DNA of 64,000 bases from a virus. A program made the translations under genes and the position numbers. The notes under the pieces were generated by a model. It was not told where the DNA came from and did no database searches. It saw nothing but the letters and a program-made list of their open reading frames with translations. Below, one piece after another: positions 31,937-41,203 of this stretch; within the stretch, counting starts at the first letter, position 1, and every line of letters starts with the position of its first letter. The DNA lies in the IMG/VR virus record IMGVR_UViG_3300012005_000003, positions 37,401-101,400 of that record; one strand, 5' to 3'.

Positions 31937-33274
31937 TTATTTTCTATAAAACATATTCATAATAGGAATCATATCATCATATATCTCTTTCAAAGTAATA
32001 GATATAGATTTCTTTTTAGATTCTTCTATCCATTTAGAACAAAACATGTCCCAAAAGAATTTATAAAACCTGTCATTCGCCTTATCTATTTCATAATTAT
32101 CTAAATGTTCATATATTTCATTTTTGATGTTCAACCATATAGATCCATATTCTTCTTTCTTTCCAATCCATTCGTTATCTATCTGCATGTCTATGAACAG
32201 TTTTGCATTTTTAAATTTATTTATGATCTTCCAACCCATCTTCATCTTCTGCTCATCAATTTTAGTGTCAGTTCCTAACGTATTAGAAAATGCCCAGTAT
32301 CTTATACCAGATTGCCCATATTTTTCAAGCATTGGTTCACATGCTGTTGCATTGCCTGATGATTTACTAAACTTGTCACCTTTGCCATCAAGGGTGTGTC
32401 CAGTGATCATCAAAGTCTTCCAAGGTATTTGATTATTGATAAAGTAAGACATAGCTATAGTATAGAATGCCCAAGTTCTGATGATGTCATGAGACTGGAA
32501 TCTCATATCGAATATTGGACATTCCAACATATCATTATATCCTCTATCTGCAGACCAAGCAATCTGAGGCGTTAATGCAGAAATGAACCAAGTATCAAAA
32601 GTGTATGTTTCATCTCCTGGTATATTTATACCGAAATTTCTTTCTCTTGAAATGGACCAATCCCACTGGATATTATCGCACCAATCATCAAACCTCTTTT
32701 TGTATTTTTCGGGTTTCCAATTAATCTTACTACCCATCTCTTTTATCTGAGAAATATGATCCTTGATATTGATGAACCAACCTTCTCCGGTTTTGATAAT
32801 TGGAGTTTCACCAGTTCTTTCTATGAGTCCTTTATCGTCAAGTTCAGATTGTGATATAGATGTTTTTAATTGCTCAGACCATAAATATTCAGTAGTCTTT
32901 TTGTAAGCTATGCCTTTCTCTTTCAATATTTCAAAAGCTTGATATGCAATATCTATAGCAGTTTTATCATAAGTGTGATATTGATGATTCGAGAATTCTA
33001 TACCACTGTTTTTGAATTCTTTTTTATAGTCTTCTGATTTATCTATAGCAAAGCTTATTATATTCTCTTTACCCATTATGCCATTTTTAGATGCGAGTTT
33101 TCCTGTAGGGATGCCATTACAGTCGAAACAGAAAGGATATAGAAGCTCTCTACCTTTTAATTTCTGATACTGCGCAATAAGATCTCCTTGAGTGTAAGAG
33201 AATATATGACCTATGTGTAATTTTCCTGATATAGTAGGAGGTGGAGTGTCGATTAAGAATTTATTTGTTTTCAT
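31937..33274 (-). CDS. valS: Minimal valyl-tRNA synthetase (445 aa; CP1 editing domain and C-terminal coiled coil absent)
   Basis: DTPPPTISGKLHIGH, DWSISRER, TFDTWFIS, HDIIRTWAF, KFSKSSGN; start revised to ATG 33274 because the longer ORF spans the attenuator. Confidence 0.85.
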   Translation of the reverse strand: MKTNKFLIDTPPPTISGKLHIGHIFSYTQGDLIAQYQKLKGRELLYPFCFDCNGIPTGKLASKNGIMGKENIISFAIDKSEDYKKEFKNSGIEFSNHQYHTYDKTAIDIAYQAFEILKEKGIAYKKTTEYLWSEQLKTSISQSELDDKGLIERTGETPIIKTGEGWFINIKDHISQIKEMGSKINWKPEKYKKRFDDWCDNIQWDWSISRERNFGINIPGDETYTFDTWFISALTPQIAWSADRGYNDMLECPIFDMRFQSHDIIRTWAFYTIAMSYFINNQIPWKTLMITGHTLDGKGDKFSKSSGNATACEPMLEKYGQSGIRYWAFSNTLGTDTKIDEQKMKMGWKIINKFKNAKLFIDMQIDNEWIGKKEEYGSIWLNIKNEIYEHLDNYEIDKANDRFYKFFWDMFCSKWIEESKKKSISITLKEIYDDMIPIMNMFYRK

Positions 33275-33302
33275 GATTTTTGGTTTTAGTTTTTTGTTTA
33301 AT

Positions 33303-33332
33303 AAAAAAGTCCAACATTTATAATGTTGGACT
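33303..33332 (-). terminator. Attenuator terminator upstream of valS
   Basis: Minus strand: AGTCCAACATT-ATA-AATGTTGGACT-TTTTT. Confidence 0.85.
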
Positions 33333-33357
33333 CTATATAATAGATATGTGCACAACA

Positions 33358-33408
33358 TCAGACTCGAGTTGTGACAATGACAGTATTTAAAGCAAAAATA
33401 GATTTCAT
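33358..33408 (-). CDS. Putative valS leader peptide MKSIFALNTVIVTTRV
   Basis: 16 codons with three GTC Val codons at the 3' end; its stop overlaps TGATGTTG, complementary to the terminator 5' arm; TATATTTG box at 33413-33420. Confidence 0.75.
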   Translation of the reverse strand: MKSIFALNTVIVTTRV

Positions 33409-33441
33409 TTTACAAATATACAACTATATATTCAGATTATT

Positions 33442-35247
33442 TCAATTGTTAATAACTTTATTTTCATAAATATACAAGTTACTTCCTGTGTCATAACACC
33501 TTTCGTATCCATTATCTGCCATGATCTCAAATTCAGTCTGATCAATCGTACCCAATCCTTTATCAACTAATGAACTTTTGGTGAAACCAAAACGATGATA
33601 CCTAATACCATTTTTCACATACCAGTAGTTTGGAACAGTCGTCTTCGAATAAGAAAATCCGATCTTCTCATAGACATTGTCTGATAAACTCGACCAATCT
33701 AGTGAAGCATAGCTGAACACCGATATAGGATTTATTTCCTTTAGAAAATGTCTGAATAATCTGCTAGCACCTCCGATCACATTAAGATCTATCTTGTTAC
33801 AGAACCTTAATAATTCATAAACACCTTCTTCTACAATTCTACCTGTAACTCTCCTTCCATGCCCGAATGACATCATCGATACAGGTTCATCATTATACAC
33901 AAGAGTATATACTATTTTAGAACCAACGAAACCTTGAATATGGTTGTCTTCCATGAACTCTTTGTAGATAGAATAATCTTCCACTTTCACGATCTTGCAT
34001 TTCCTGGCATATATCTTTTCTGATATCAAGCCTAACATGTTCCTGATCCTTGATTTGACTATCGATTTCCTTTCCATCCAATCGTCTTCCCATATATGAA
34101 CTAGATTGATGCCTTTGTCATGAGCCAATTTCTTCTTATCTATGTGGTAGTTCTTGTCTTTGAATTTATCTGAATGCCAGTAGACTCCGTTGTATTCGAA
34201 TGCAACATTTTTAGAAGGGATAAAACAATCAAGCTCTAAGCCTATCTGGGCTCTATCGTTGGATATACAATCTTGATTTAAAGATCTAACATAATCTGTA
34301 AGTTCTTTTTCACATATAGAGCCAATGTTTACAGGATTGCATATAATACAAGGATTTTCAATTTTGTTAACTTTAACCCTTTGTGAAAAGAAAGCTGCAT
34401 TGATTTCGTAAATGTGATTATGTATACAACAAACAGTCATTATTCCGTTTTCACATTTTTTAATATCATGATTTGGGAATTTTATTAAATAATTTTCGTA
34501 TTCAATTTTATTCCTTGTTTCAGCAGTTTTTATTTTTACTTCTTTGTTCTGAGCAGTACTTTTAGCTCCATATCTTTCCAGATTTGTTTTTTCCGCTTTA
34601 TCTTTAATGCTTTCATGTTTAGCAGCATTAGTGACTCCATACCTTTCTAGATTCGTTTCAACAATCTTATTTTTGACAATATCTGAACTGAATGTATGAT
34701 CAACTCCGTATCTCTCCTGATTAGTTGAAATCATTTTATCCATCACCTCTTTGTTTCCTGCAGGAGTATCAGAACCATATCGCTCTTGATTGGTAGTTTT
34801 AACCTTGTCCTTTTTGGATTGTAATTTAGCTGTATTGGTTACACCGTATTTCTTTAGGTTATTCTTTTTGATTGTATCCTGAACCTCTTTGGACTGCGAT
34901 GGATTCAGAACACCATAAGTATCCATCATTGTTTGTTCGCGCTTTCTGATCGTCTCTGGATGACTCTGGCTGCATTTAGAAGAACATGTTTTACTGTAAC
35001 CTGTATTTGTAGATAAAAATGTTACTTTTTTAATTTTACACACTTCACATAAAACATCATCAGGTAATTTGTGATAATAATGGTAAAGCCTTTCTGAAAA
35101 TGATGAATATGGATCTAAATTTTTTGTATAGTCTAATATAGCATCATAAAATTCAGGAAAATTAGTAGATATAAAGCTTTGTCTTGCTTTAGAATTGAAG
35201 GTTCCGTCTTCTTTGGTTATGATTGAAAGCTCTTGTTGGAATTGCAT
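33442..35247 (-). CDS. Hef-like homing endonuclease, copy 1 (YG repeats + Vsr/PD-(D/E)xK domain)
   Basis: Repeated T(N/M)xE(R/K)YGV units; ELDCFIPSKNVAFEYNGVYWHS; IYARKC...HIQG...YELLRFC. Confidence 0.75.
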   Translation of the reverse strand: MQFQQELSIITKEDGTFNSKARQSFISTNFPEFYDAILDYTKNLDPYSSFSERLYHYYHKLPDDVLCEVCKIKKVTFLSTNTGYSKTCSSKCSQSHPETIRKREQTMMDTYGVLNPSQSKEVQDTIKKNNLKKYGVTNTAKLQSKKDKVKTTNQERYGSDTPAGNKEVMDKMISTNQERYGVDHTFSSDIVKNKIVETNLERYGVTNAAKHESIKDKAEKTNLERYGAKSTAQNKEVKIKTAETRNKIEYENYLIKFPNHDIKKCENGIMTVCCIHNHIYEINAAFFSQRVKVNKIENPCIICNPVNIGSICEKELTDYVRSLNQDCISNDRAQIGLELDCFIPSKNVAFEYNGVYWHSDKFKDKNYHIDKKKLAHDKGINLVHIWEDDWMERKSIVKSRIRNMLGLISEKIYARKCKIVKVEDYSIYKEFMEDNHIQGFVGSKIVYTLVYNDEPVSMMSFGHGRRVTGRIVEEGVYELLRFCNKIDLNVIGGASRLFRHFLKEINPISVFSYASLDWSSLSDNVYEKIGFSYSKTTVPNYWYVKNGIRYHRFGFTKSSLVDKGLGTIDQTEFEIMADNGYERCYDTGSNLYIYENKVINN

Positions 35248-35277
35248 GTATAAATTTACTAATTATTTTTGAGTAAA

Positions 35278-36969
35278 TTAAATTTTTACTCTATGATTAT
35301 AGGTGTAAAGGTTGGATCCAGAATCGTATATCATGTTACAATCATTATCATTTATGGTATTTTTATCTATACCAAGACGATGGTAACGAATTCTATTTTT
35401 GATATACCAATTACTGGGAACTGTTGTTTTGAAATATTCAAAACCCAATTTTTCATATACTGTATCATTTAAATTTGACCAATCTAGTGAAGCATAACTG
35501 AATACTGATATAGGGTTTATTTCCTTTAGAAAATGTTTAAATAGTTTACTTGCGCCACCTACAATATTTGTATCAATCTTATTACAAAACCTTAAAAGCT
35601 CATAAACATCTTCCTCTTTTTTCTTGCCTGTTATCATTCTAGCATGACCAAAAGACATCATTGAAACAATAATACCATTATACACAAGAGCATAAACAAT
35701 CTTTGAATTGACAAATCCCTGTATATGATTCTCCTCCATAAAATCTTTATATACTGTTAAATCTTCAACTTTAACAATTTTACATTTTCTGGCATAGATA
35801 CGTTCTGAAGTGTAACCTAGTATATTTTTAATCCTGGATTTAACTATATGCTTCTTCAATATCCAGATATCTTCCCATACATGTATAAGATTTATGCCTT
35901 TTTCATAAGCCTTTTTCTTTTTGTCTATATGGTAGTTTCTGCCTTTGAATTTATCAGAATGCCAGTAAATTCCATTATATTCTATAGCAATATTTTTTGA
36001 AGGAATATAACAATCTAATTCTCTTCCTATCTGTTCTCTGTCATTTATTATACATTCATCTCCGAATGATTTTATATAATCTATGAGTTCTTTTTCAGCA
36101 ATAGATCCAACATCAATTGGATTACATATAACACATGGATTTTCTACACCATATCTTCTGGTTCTCTGTCTAAAATCTCCTGTGTATATTTGATAATCAT
36201 GTCCATTTATACATGTAATAGTTAGTATGCTTTTATTAGTAGCTTTTATTTTAAATTCAGGATATTTAAGTATATATTTTTCAAGTTCTTTTTTATTATT
36301 TTTTATAGAAGCTTTATTTTTTACTATATCACTTTTTGCAGCATTTTCATGACCGTATTTTTCTAGATTTGTTTTGGCCATTTTGTCTTTGACCACTTGA
36401 TTCTGAGCTACATTTTCGTGACCATATTTTTCTAAGTTGGTTTTCTTAGCTTTATCTCTAACTTCTTTACTACCTGTAGGAGAATTTGAACCGTATCTCT
36501 CTTGGTTTGTCGCATTAGTTTTATCTCTTACTGTTTTCAGTTTTGCTGTATGAGTCACTCCGTATTTTGCAAGATTATTCTTCTTTATGGTTTCTTGGAC
36601 CTCTTTGGATTGTGATGGACTTGTCACTCCGTATTTTTCCATGAAAGAATTTTGTAAATTCTTTTTTGTTTCTGGATGATTCATGCTGCATTTAGGTCCG
36701 CAAGTTCTTGTATATCCTTTATTGATACTTAGAAATGCACATAGATCTTTTTTGCATACTGGGCAAACAACGGTATCAGGTATTTTGTAAATATAGTGGT
36801 ATATCTTTTGTGAAAATTTATCTCCTACTGTTATATCTTTGGTATATTCTAATATAGCTTTATGGAATTCTGGATATAATGAAGATATGCGAGGTTCTCT
36901 GATCTTTCCGTTTGAGAAATCTTCAGAGTCTTCCTTTTTTAGTTCGTTTATTATTTCTTTAAAATCCAT
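35278..36969 (-). CDS. Hef-like homing endonuclease, copy 2 (tandem paralog)
   Basis: Same architecture; ELDCYIPSKNIAIEYNGIYWHS. Confidence 0.75.
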   Translation of the reverse strand: MDFKEIINELKKEDSEDFSNGKIREPRISSLYPEFHKAILEYTKDITVGDKFSQKIYHYIYKIPDTVVCPVCKKDLCAFLSINKGYTRTCGPKCSMNHPETKKNLQNSFMEKYGVTSPSQSKEVQETIKKNNLAKYGVTHTAKLKTVRDKTNATNQERYGSNSPTGSKEVRDKAKKTNLEKYGHENVAQNQVVKDKMAKTNLEKYGHENAAKSDIVKNKASIKNNKKELEKYILKYPEFKIKATNKSILTITCINGHDYQIYTGDFRQRTRRYGVENPCVICNPIDVGSIAEKELIDYIKSFGDECIINDREQIGRELDCYIPSKNIAIEYNGIYWHSDKFKGRNYHIDKKKKAYEKGINLIHVWEDIWILKKHIVKSRIKNILGYTSERIYARKCKIVKVEDLTVYKDFMEENHIQGFVNSKIVYALVYNGIIVSMMSFGHARMITGKKKEEDVYELLRFCNKIDTNIVGGASKLFKHFLKEINPISVFSYASLDWSNLNDTVYEKLGFEYFKTTVPSNWYIKNRIRYHRLGIDKNTINDNDCNMIYDSGSNLYTYNHRVKI

Positions 36970-37027
36970 ATTGCAATATAAGTATATTCTGAGTATTTAT
37001 ATTCATATTTACTCTAATTGATTAAAC

Positions 37028-37058
37028 AAAAAACCCTGACATGAATGCCAGGGTTTTT
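37028..37058 (-). terminator. Terminator after major capsid gene
   Basis: AAAAAACCCTG-ACATGAATGC-CAGGGTTTTT. Confidence 0.8.
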
Positions 37059-37078
37059 ATTATTTGTTTAGTAAAAGA

Positions 37079-38761
37079 TTACACTAAGTAAGATAAAGGA
37101 TCAGTTACTTTAATTGTTAAGTATTGTTTTTGAGGGAAGAATCCGCCTTCAACAACAGCGTAACGAGAACGTAAAAATAATCTTGGTGCTCTAGTTGCTT
37201 CAGAAATTAAACTGATTGATTGTGCCATTAAGTAAGGTACGAATACGATACCTGGTTGATCAACTTCGTTACGACGGCCTAACACAACACGATTATCATC
37301 ATACTTCATGTATGGATCAACGTAAACTTGAATACCTGCAATTTGTCCTACTGGATATAATTGACCGTTAGTGTTCATGTTTCCTTTAACAGGACTGATT
37401 GTGTAAGCAGCAGCATCAGATAAAGCAGCAGCGATACGGCCGTTAGTTACTAAATAAGTAGCAGGCCCGATTCGTCCTTCAGAAGCAATAAAGTTGCTAC
37501 CAGCAAATATTTTAGAACATAACTTACGCTGTATAGCATGAGTAGTTTCACCTTGAGGTCCACCAGCAGCTAAGTAAGCAGTATCTAAGTCGAAAATTGT
37601 ACCTGTGCCCATAACTGGAGCAGCAGCTCTGTTTAATTCTCCCATTTGGAAAATCTTCTCAACAATTTGACGAGAGATAGTTTGAGATAATTCATTAACT
37701 AAAACTGATTCTAATTTCTGAACGATGTCGATTCCTGTTTGAGATTTGATATCTTCCATCTCTGTACGCTTTAAAGCAGAAGAGATTTCGATAGTACCAA
37801 CAGTTACACGCTTAGTAGAAACGTTTGGAGCGATAATTCCTGGGTAGTTCATATCATCTTCTTGACGAGACATTGGGTAAGACTTGTTCCAGTTAGAAAC
37901 GAAACCTGGGATATGGTCTTCCATAGCTGAAATTAATTCAACAGATGCTGTAGTAAAAGCACCAGTAGGAACAGCAGTTGTAGCAACACCGTTAACTGTT
38001 GTTGGAGCAGCAAAACCTAAATTAATAACATCAGAAACTACTTCTGTTATTGTAAATGTGTTTTTACTACCATCGAATGTATAACTACCAGCAGAAGCTG
38101 TGTTATTCTGACGATATGATCTTAACATTGGCAAACCATCGATACGAGAGTATCCTAAGAACTCTAATACATGTGTTTTAGAAACTGAAGGCTCAATTAA
38201 AGCATCAGCTAAAGTAATACCAGTTATTGAAACAAATATACGTTTGTTTAATCCACCTTGAGATAATACAGCGCCAGCATTAGCAATTAAAGCATTTAAG
38301 AAAGTTTTAGCAGTTGCCATGTCAGCAGTACCGAAACGAATTTTGAACACTTGAGGTCTTTCGTCTGTTCCATCTGGAGTATCATCGTAACGATAGTCTA
38401 CGTAGAATAAGTCTATAACTGGTCCTGGAGTTGGTTTAACAGGAACTAAGTCTAAACCGATTGTTTGTGCAGCAACTTTCATTGAAGCAGCTAACAATTG
38501 TTGACCTAAGTCACCTGAACCTACTGCACCACTTGCTGTATAAGCAGCACCTGGGATTGTACCTGCGGTTGGAGAAATAACTGCGCCCATACCTGAAACG
38601 TTAGCGTTGTTCGCGTAAGCGATGTTCTCATTTAATTGGTGATATTCTGCATACTCAGCCATCCATGACTTTTTGTAACTGTCAGTTCCAACACCTAAGC
38701 TCTCGATAATCGGAGCCCATTTTTTTTCGATTTTTTTCTTGTCGATTTGAACGTGGTTCAT
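37079..38761 (-). CDS. gp23: Major capsid protein (T4 gp23-like)
   Basis: KKWAPIIE, DLVPVKPTPGP, LVNELSQTISRQI, VYVDPY, PGIVFVPY, RSRYAV; probable cleavage site QLNE/N. Confidence 0.92.
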   Translation of the reverse strand: MNHVQIDKKKIEKKWAPIIESLGVGTDSYKKSWMAEYAEYHQLNENIAYANNANVSGMGAVISPTAGTIPGAAYTASGAVGSGDLGQQLLAASMKVAAQTIGLDLVPVKPTPGPVIDLFYVDYRYDDTPDGTDERPQVFKIRFGTADMATAKTFLNALIANAGAVLSQGGLNKRIFVSITGITLADALIEPSVSKTHVLEFLGYSRIDGLPMLRSYRQNNTASAGSYTFDGSKNTFTITEVVSDVINLGFAAPTTVNGVATTAVPTGAFTTASVELISAMEDHIPGFVSNWNKSYPMSRQEDDMNYPGIIAPNVSTKRVTVGTIEISSALKRTEMEDIKSQTGIDIVQKLESVLVNELSQTISRQIVEKIFQMGELNRAAAPVMGTGTIFDLDTAYLAAGGPQGETTHAIQRKLCSKIFAGSNFIASEGRIGPATYLVTNGRIAAALSDAAAYTISPVKGNMNTNGQLYPVGQIAGIQVYVDPYMKYDDNRVVLGRRNEVDQPGIVFVPYLMAQSISLISEATRAPRLFLRSRYAVVEGGFFPQKQYLTIKVTDPLSYLV

Positions 38762-38796
38762 TTTCGTGTTTTTTTGTTTTTGGTTGTTTTGTGTTA

Positions 38797-38839
38797 GTAT
38801 ATATGCGAGCTAAAAAAGTGTCTTTTTTCCACTTTTTTG
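38797..38839 (-). promoter_or_regulatory. Extended late-promoter element of the capsid gene
   Basis: 33/43 identical to 41107..41149; ends in CATATATA. Confidence 0.7.
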
Positions 38840-38846
38840 CCGTATA

Positions 38847-41078
38847 TTACTTTAGCCTATCGAACTTGTTTAACATTGATTGGATTTGGCTTTCGTTTAA
38901 TAGATCATTGTCTATTAAATTAGTTCCTAATACTTTCTTTGATTCAACAATCGGTTCAGCTGTGTTGAACTTACGTGTTGCCCAGAAATGTTCCATTTTG
39001 TCTTGAGTGTCTATAGAATAGAACTTAGATTGTGCGATAACAGATCTTTGTGCATTTACGTCCAACGATTCCCATAACGGTTTAATGCTAGATGGGATGT
39101 TTTTGATCAATCTTTCTTCTTGAGTTTCAGCTTCAACAGATAATGCTTTGTGCATGATTTTCAAAACGTCAGTCTTAGAGAAGTATCCGTTGCTTTCTTT
39201 TATTGCAACAATAACTGTTTCTTGTTCTTCGTTTGATAACTGTTTGAAGTTTTTGATCTCGCTTTCGTTTAAGAAAGTGAAGAAATGTGGCTCTTCTTGT
39301 TTGGAGGCTTCTCGTTTTTTAGTCTCCAGGATAAGCGCCTGTATGCTTTCGGTCAAATTTTTAGATTCGATAACTTCTTCCTCTGCAGGAACAAGTTCAT
39401 TCTCTTGTTTTAATACTTGTTCACCTGAGTTTGTTAACTCGATAGTGATACCTTCTTCTCCGATGTTGATAACTTTACCAACTTCAGTAGTTCCGTCGAT
39501 CTTAACTACCATGTCCATGCAGATTCCACATATTGGCTCGATAGCTGCAACAACTGGAGCTTCTTCACCTTCTTTAGAAACAACTGGCTCAGTTGCAGGT
39601 TCAGAGATGATTTTAGTTAAAGTAACTTCTGCTTCAGGAGTTTCTTCCTCTTCTTCATCTTCCTCAGTTGATGGATTCTCAACAGTGATGTCCATAAATT
39701 CGATGATAGATTGGATAGGCTCTGTAGCAGTAGACTCGTTTACGTTCTTGCTGTTTAAACCTTCTACTAATTTCACATTGTAACCGATAGTTTTATCTAA
39801 AGATTCTGCAATGTATTTAGTGTAGTCGATGTTGTCTCCAACGTTCTCAGCGATGTACTGAGCATAAAGAACTGTACTGTCTAAGTTCTCAGCTAAATAG
39901 TTAGAGAAGTCGATAGAGTTCTTTGTGTTTTCAGCAACATATTCAGAGAATTCGATAGATGCGTTCAAGTTCTCAGCTAAATAGTTAGAGAAGTCGATAG
40001 ATCCTTTTAAGTTCTCAGCGATATATTCGCCGTAAGAGATTGCCTTATCAACGCTCTCTGCTAAGTAGTTTTGATACTTGATAGAGCTTTTTAAGTTCTC
40101 TGCGATGTAGTCGCCAAAAGAGATTGCATTATCTACATTCTCAGCAACGTACTTCACGTAGCCGATTGCCTTTTCTAAATCCTTAGAAAGGTTTTCGTTC
40201 TTTTCAACTAACATTGTAGTTGTTTCCTTCAGAGCTTTATTCTCGATGAAGAATGTGCTCATGTTTTCTGCTAGGTAGTCTAGGTAACTTGATACCTTCT
40301 CCTGTGCATGCAATAATGATTCGTACTGAGCTATCATGTTGGTCATCTTATCGAAATCAGGCATTGCGCCAGTTTTTGAAGCTGTTTGTTTGATTTCAGC
40401 TGCTAAGTTTTCGATAGTTTCCTTGATGTACTCTGAGTACTCAGTCAACTGCATTTTAGTTACTAAGTCTTTGTTGTCGTTCATGTGAAACATTTCATTT
40501 ATTTTTGATTCGTCTACCACTTCGATAATGCGGAAGTTACTGTTGTTGCTAAAGCCTAAAGATTCGTTCATAGATTTTGATTCCATGCGGGCTTCAGCAA
40601 ATCCAGGATCTGCCACTATGTCATAAGTGAATAGTTTTTTTATTGTTACTTCCTTGTTGGATTCAGTAACACCAGCAGCTCTTGAAGAAACGAAGATAGG
40701 ATCTCCGTCATCTACCAATGCACGTGCTTCCTTACCGAAGTAAGTGGTTAATAATTTGATATCACCGTATACAGCATTCTTCTCTTTCACATAATATGCA
40801 TTAAGCAATTTGTGAGAGATACGGCTCATGCTTGTATCGAAATTTTCTGGATGGTCGAATTCTCCATAAACAACACCTGGCTTGGTGTTGATTCTGTACA
40901 TCATCTCTTCTAAATGTGGAAGGAATTTCTCAGCTTTGTAGATTCTGTTGTTTCGGTTCTCTTCGTTGAACAAGGTCAATAACCCTGTCATCGTGTAGTT
41001 CTTTTGGCCTTGAGGATTGACAGACTCGTTCAGCTTCATAGCTTCTAGTGTGTTGTCAAAAATTAATACTTGCTTCAT
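38847..41078 (-). CDS. gp21: Prohead protease (gp21-like) fused to a scaffold/core domain with 14-aa repeats
   Basis: NRNNRIY, GEFDHP, ISH, VSSRAAG, TYDIVADPGF; then ~9 Y(L/I/V)AE(N/S) repeats and an acidic region. Confidence 0.9.
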   Translation of the reverse strand: MKQVLIFDNTLEAMKLNESVNPQGQKNYTMTGLLTLFNEENRNNRIYKAEKFLPHLEEMMYRINTKPGVVYGEFDHPENFDTSMSRISHKLLNAYYVKEKNAVYGDIKLLTTYFGKEARALVDDGDPIFVSSRAAGVTESNKEVTIKKLFTYDIVADPGFAEARMESKSMNESLGFSNNSNFRIIEVVDESKINEMFHMNDNKDLVTKMQLTEYSEYIKETIENLAAEIKQTASKTGAMPDFDKMTNMIAQYESLLHAQEKVSSYLDYLAENMSTFFIENKALKETTTMLVEKNENLSKDLEKAIGYVKYVAENVDNAISFGDYIAENLKSSIKYQNYLAESVDKAISYGEYIAENLKGSIDFSNYLAENLNASIEFSEYVAENTKNSIDFSNYLAENLDSTVLYAQYIAENVGDNIDYTKYIAESLDKTIGYNVKLVEGLNSKNVNESTATEPIQSIIEFMDITVENPSTEEDEEEEETPEAEVTLTKIISEPATEPVVSKEGEEAPVVAAIEPICGICMDMVVKIDGTTEVGKVINIGEEGITIELTNSGEQVLKQENELVPAEEEVIESKNLTESIQALILETKKREASKQEEPHFFTFLNESEIKNFKQLSNEEQETVIVAIKESNGYFSKTDVLKIMHKALSVEAETQEERLIKNIPSSIKPLWESLDVNAQRSVIAQSKFYSIDTQDKMEHFWATRKFNTAEPIVESKKVLGTNLIDNDLLNESQIQSMLNKFDRLK

Positions 41079-41106
41079 CGTAAGTGCCTAATTTGGTTTT
41101 ATGAAG

Positions 41107-41149
41107 CTATATATGGAGTGTAAAAAAGCGGCTTTTTGCCAATTTTTTG
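41107..41149 (-). promoter_or_regulatory. Extended late-promoter element of the protease gene
   Basis: CAAAAAATTGGCAAAAAGCCGCTTTTTTACACTCCATATATAG; matches 38797..38839. Confidence 0.7.
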
Positions 41150-41203
41150 ATATATTTAATAATGATTGTTCTATATATAGATGATTAAGAAACAAACAAA
41201 AAA

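Noticed and set aside
33275-33358. 28-aa N-terminal extension of ValRS in the ORF track
   Set aside because: It runs through the terminator hairpin; ValRS similarity starts at MKTNKFLIDTPPP (33274).
39148-39783. Antisense ORFs such as 39148..39783, 47593..48063, 50916..51356, 53296..53661, 7716..8216 and 774..995
   Set aside because: They are shadows of well-supported genes on the opposite strand, with no motifs of their own.
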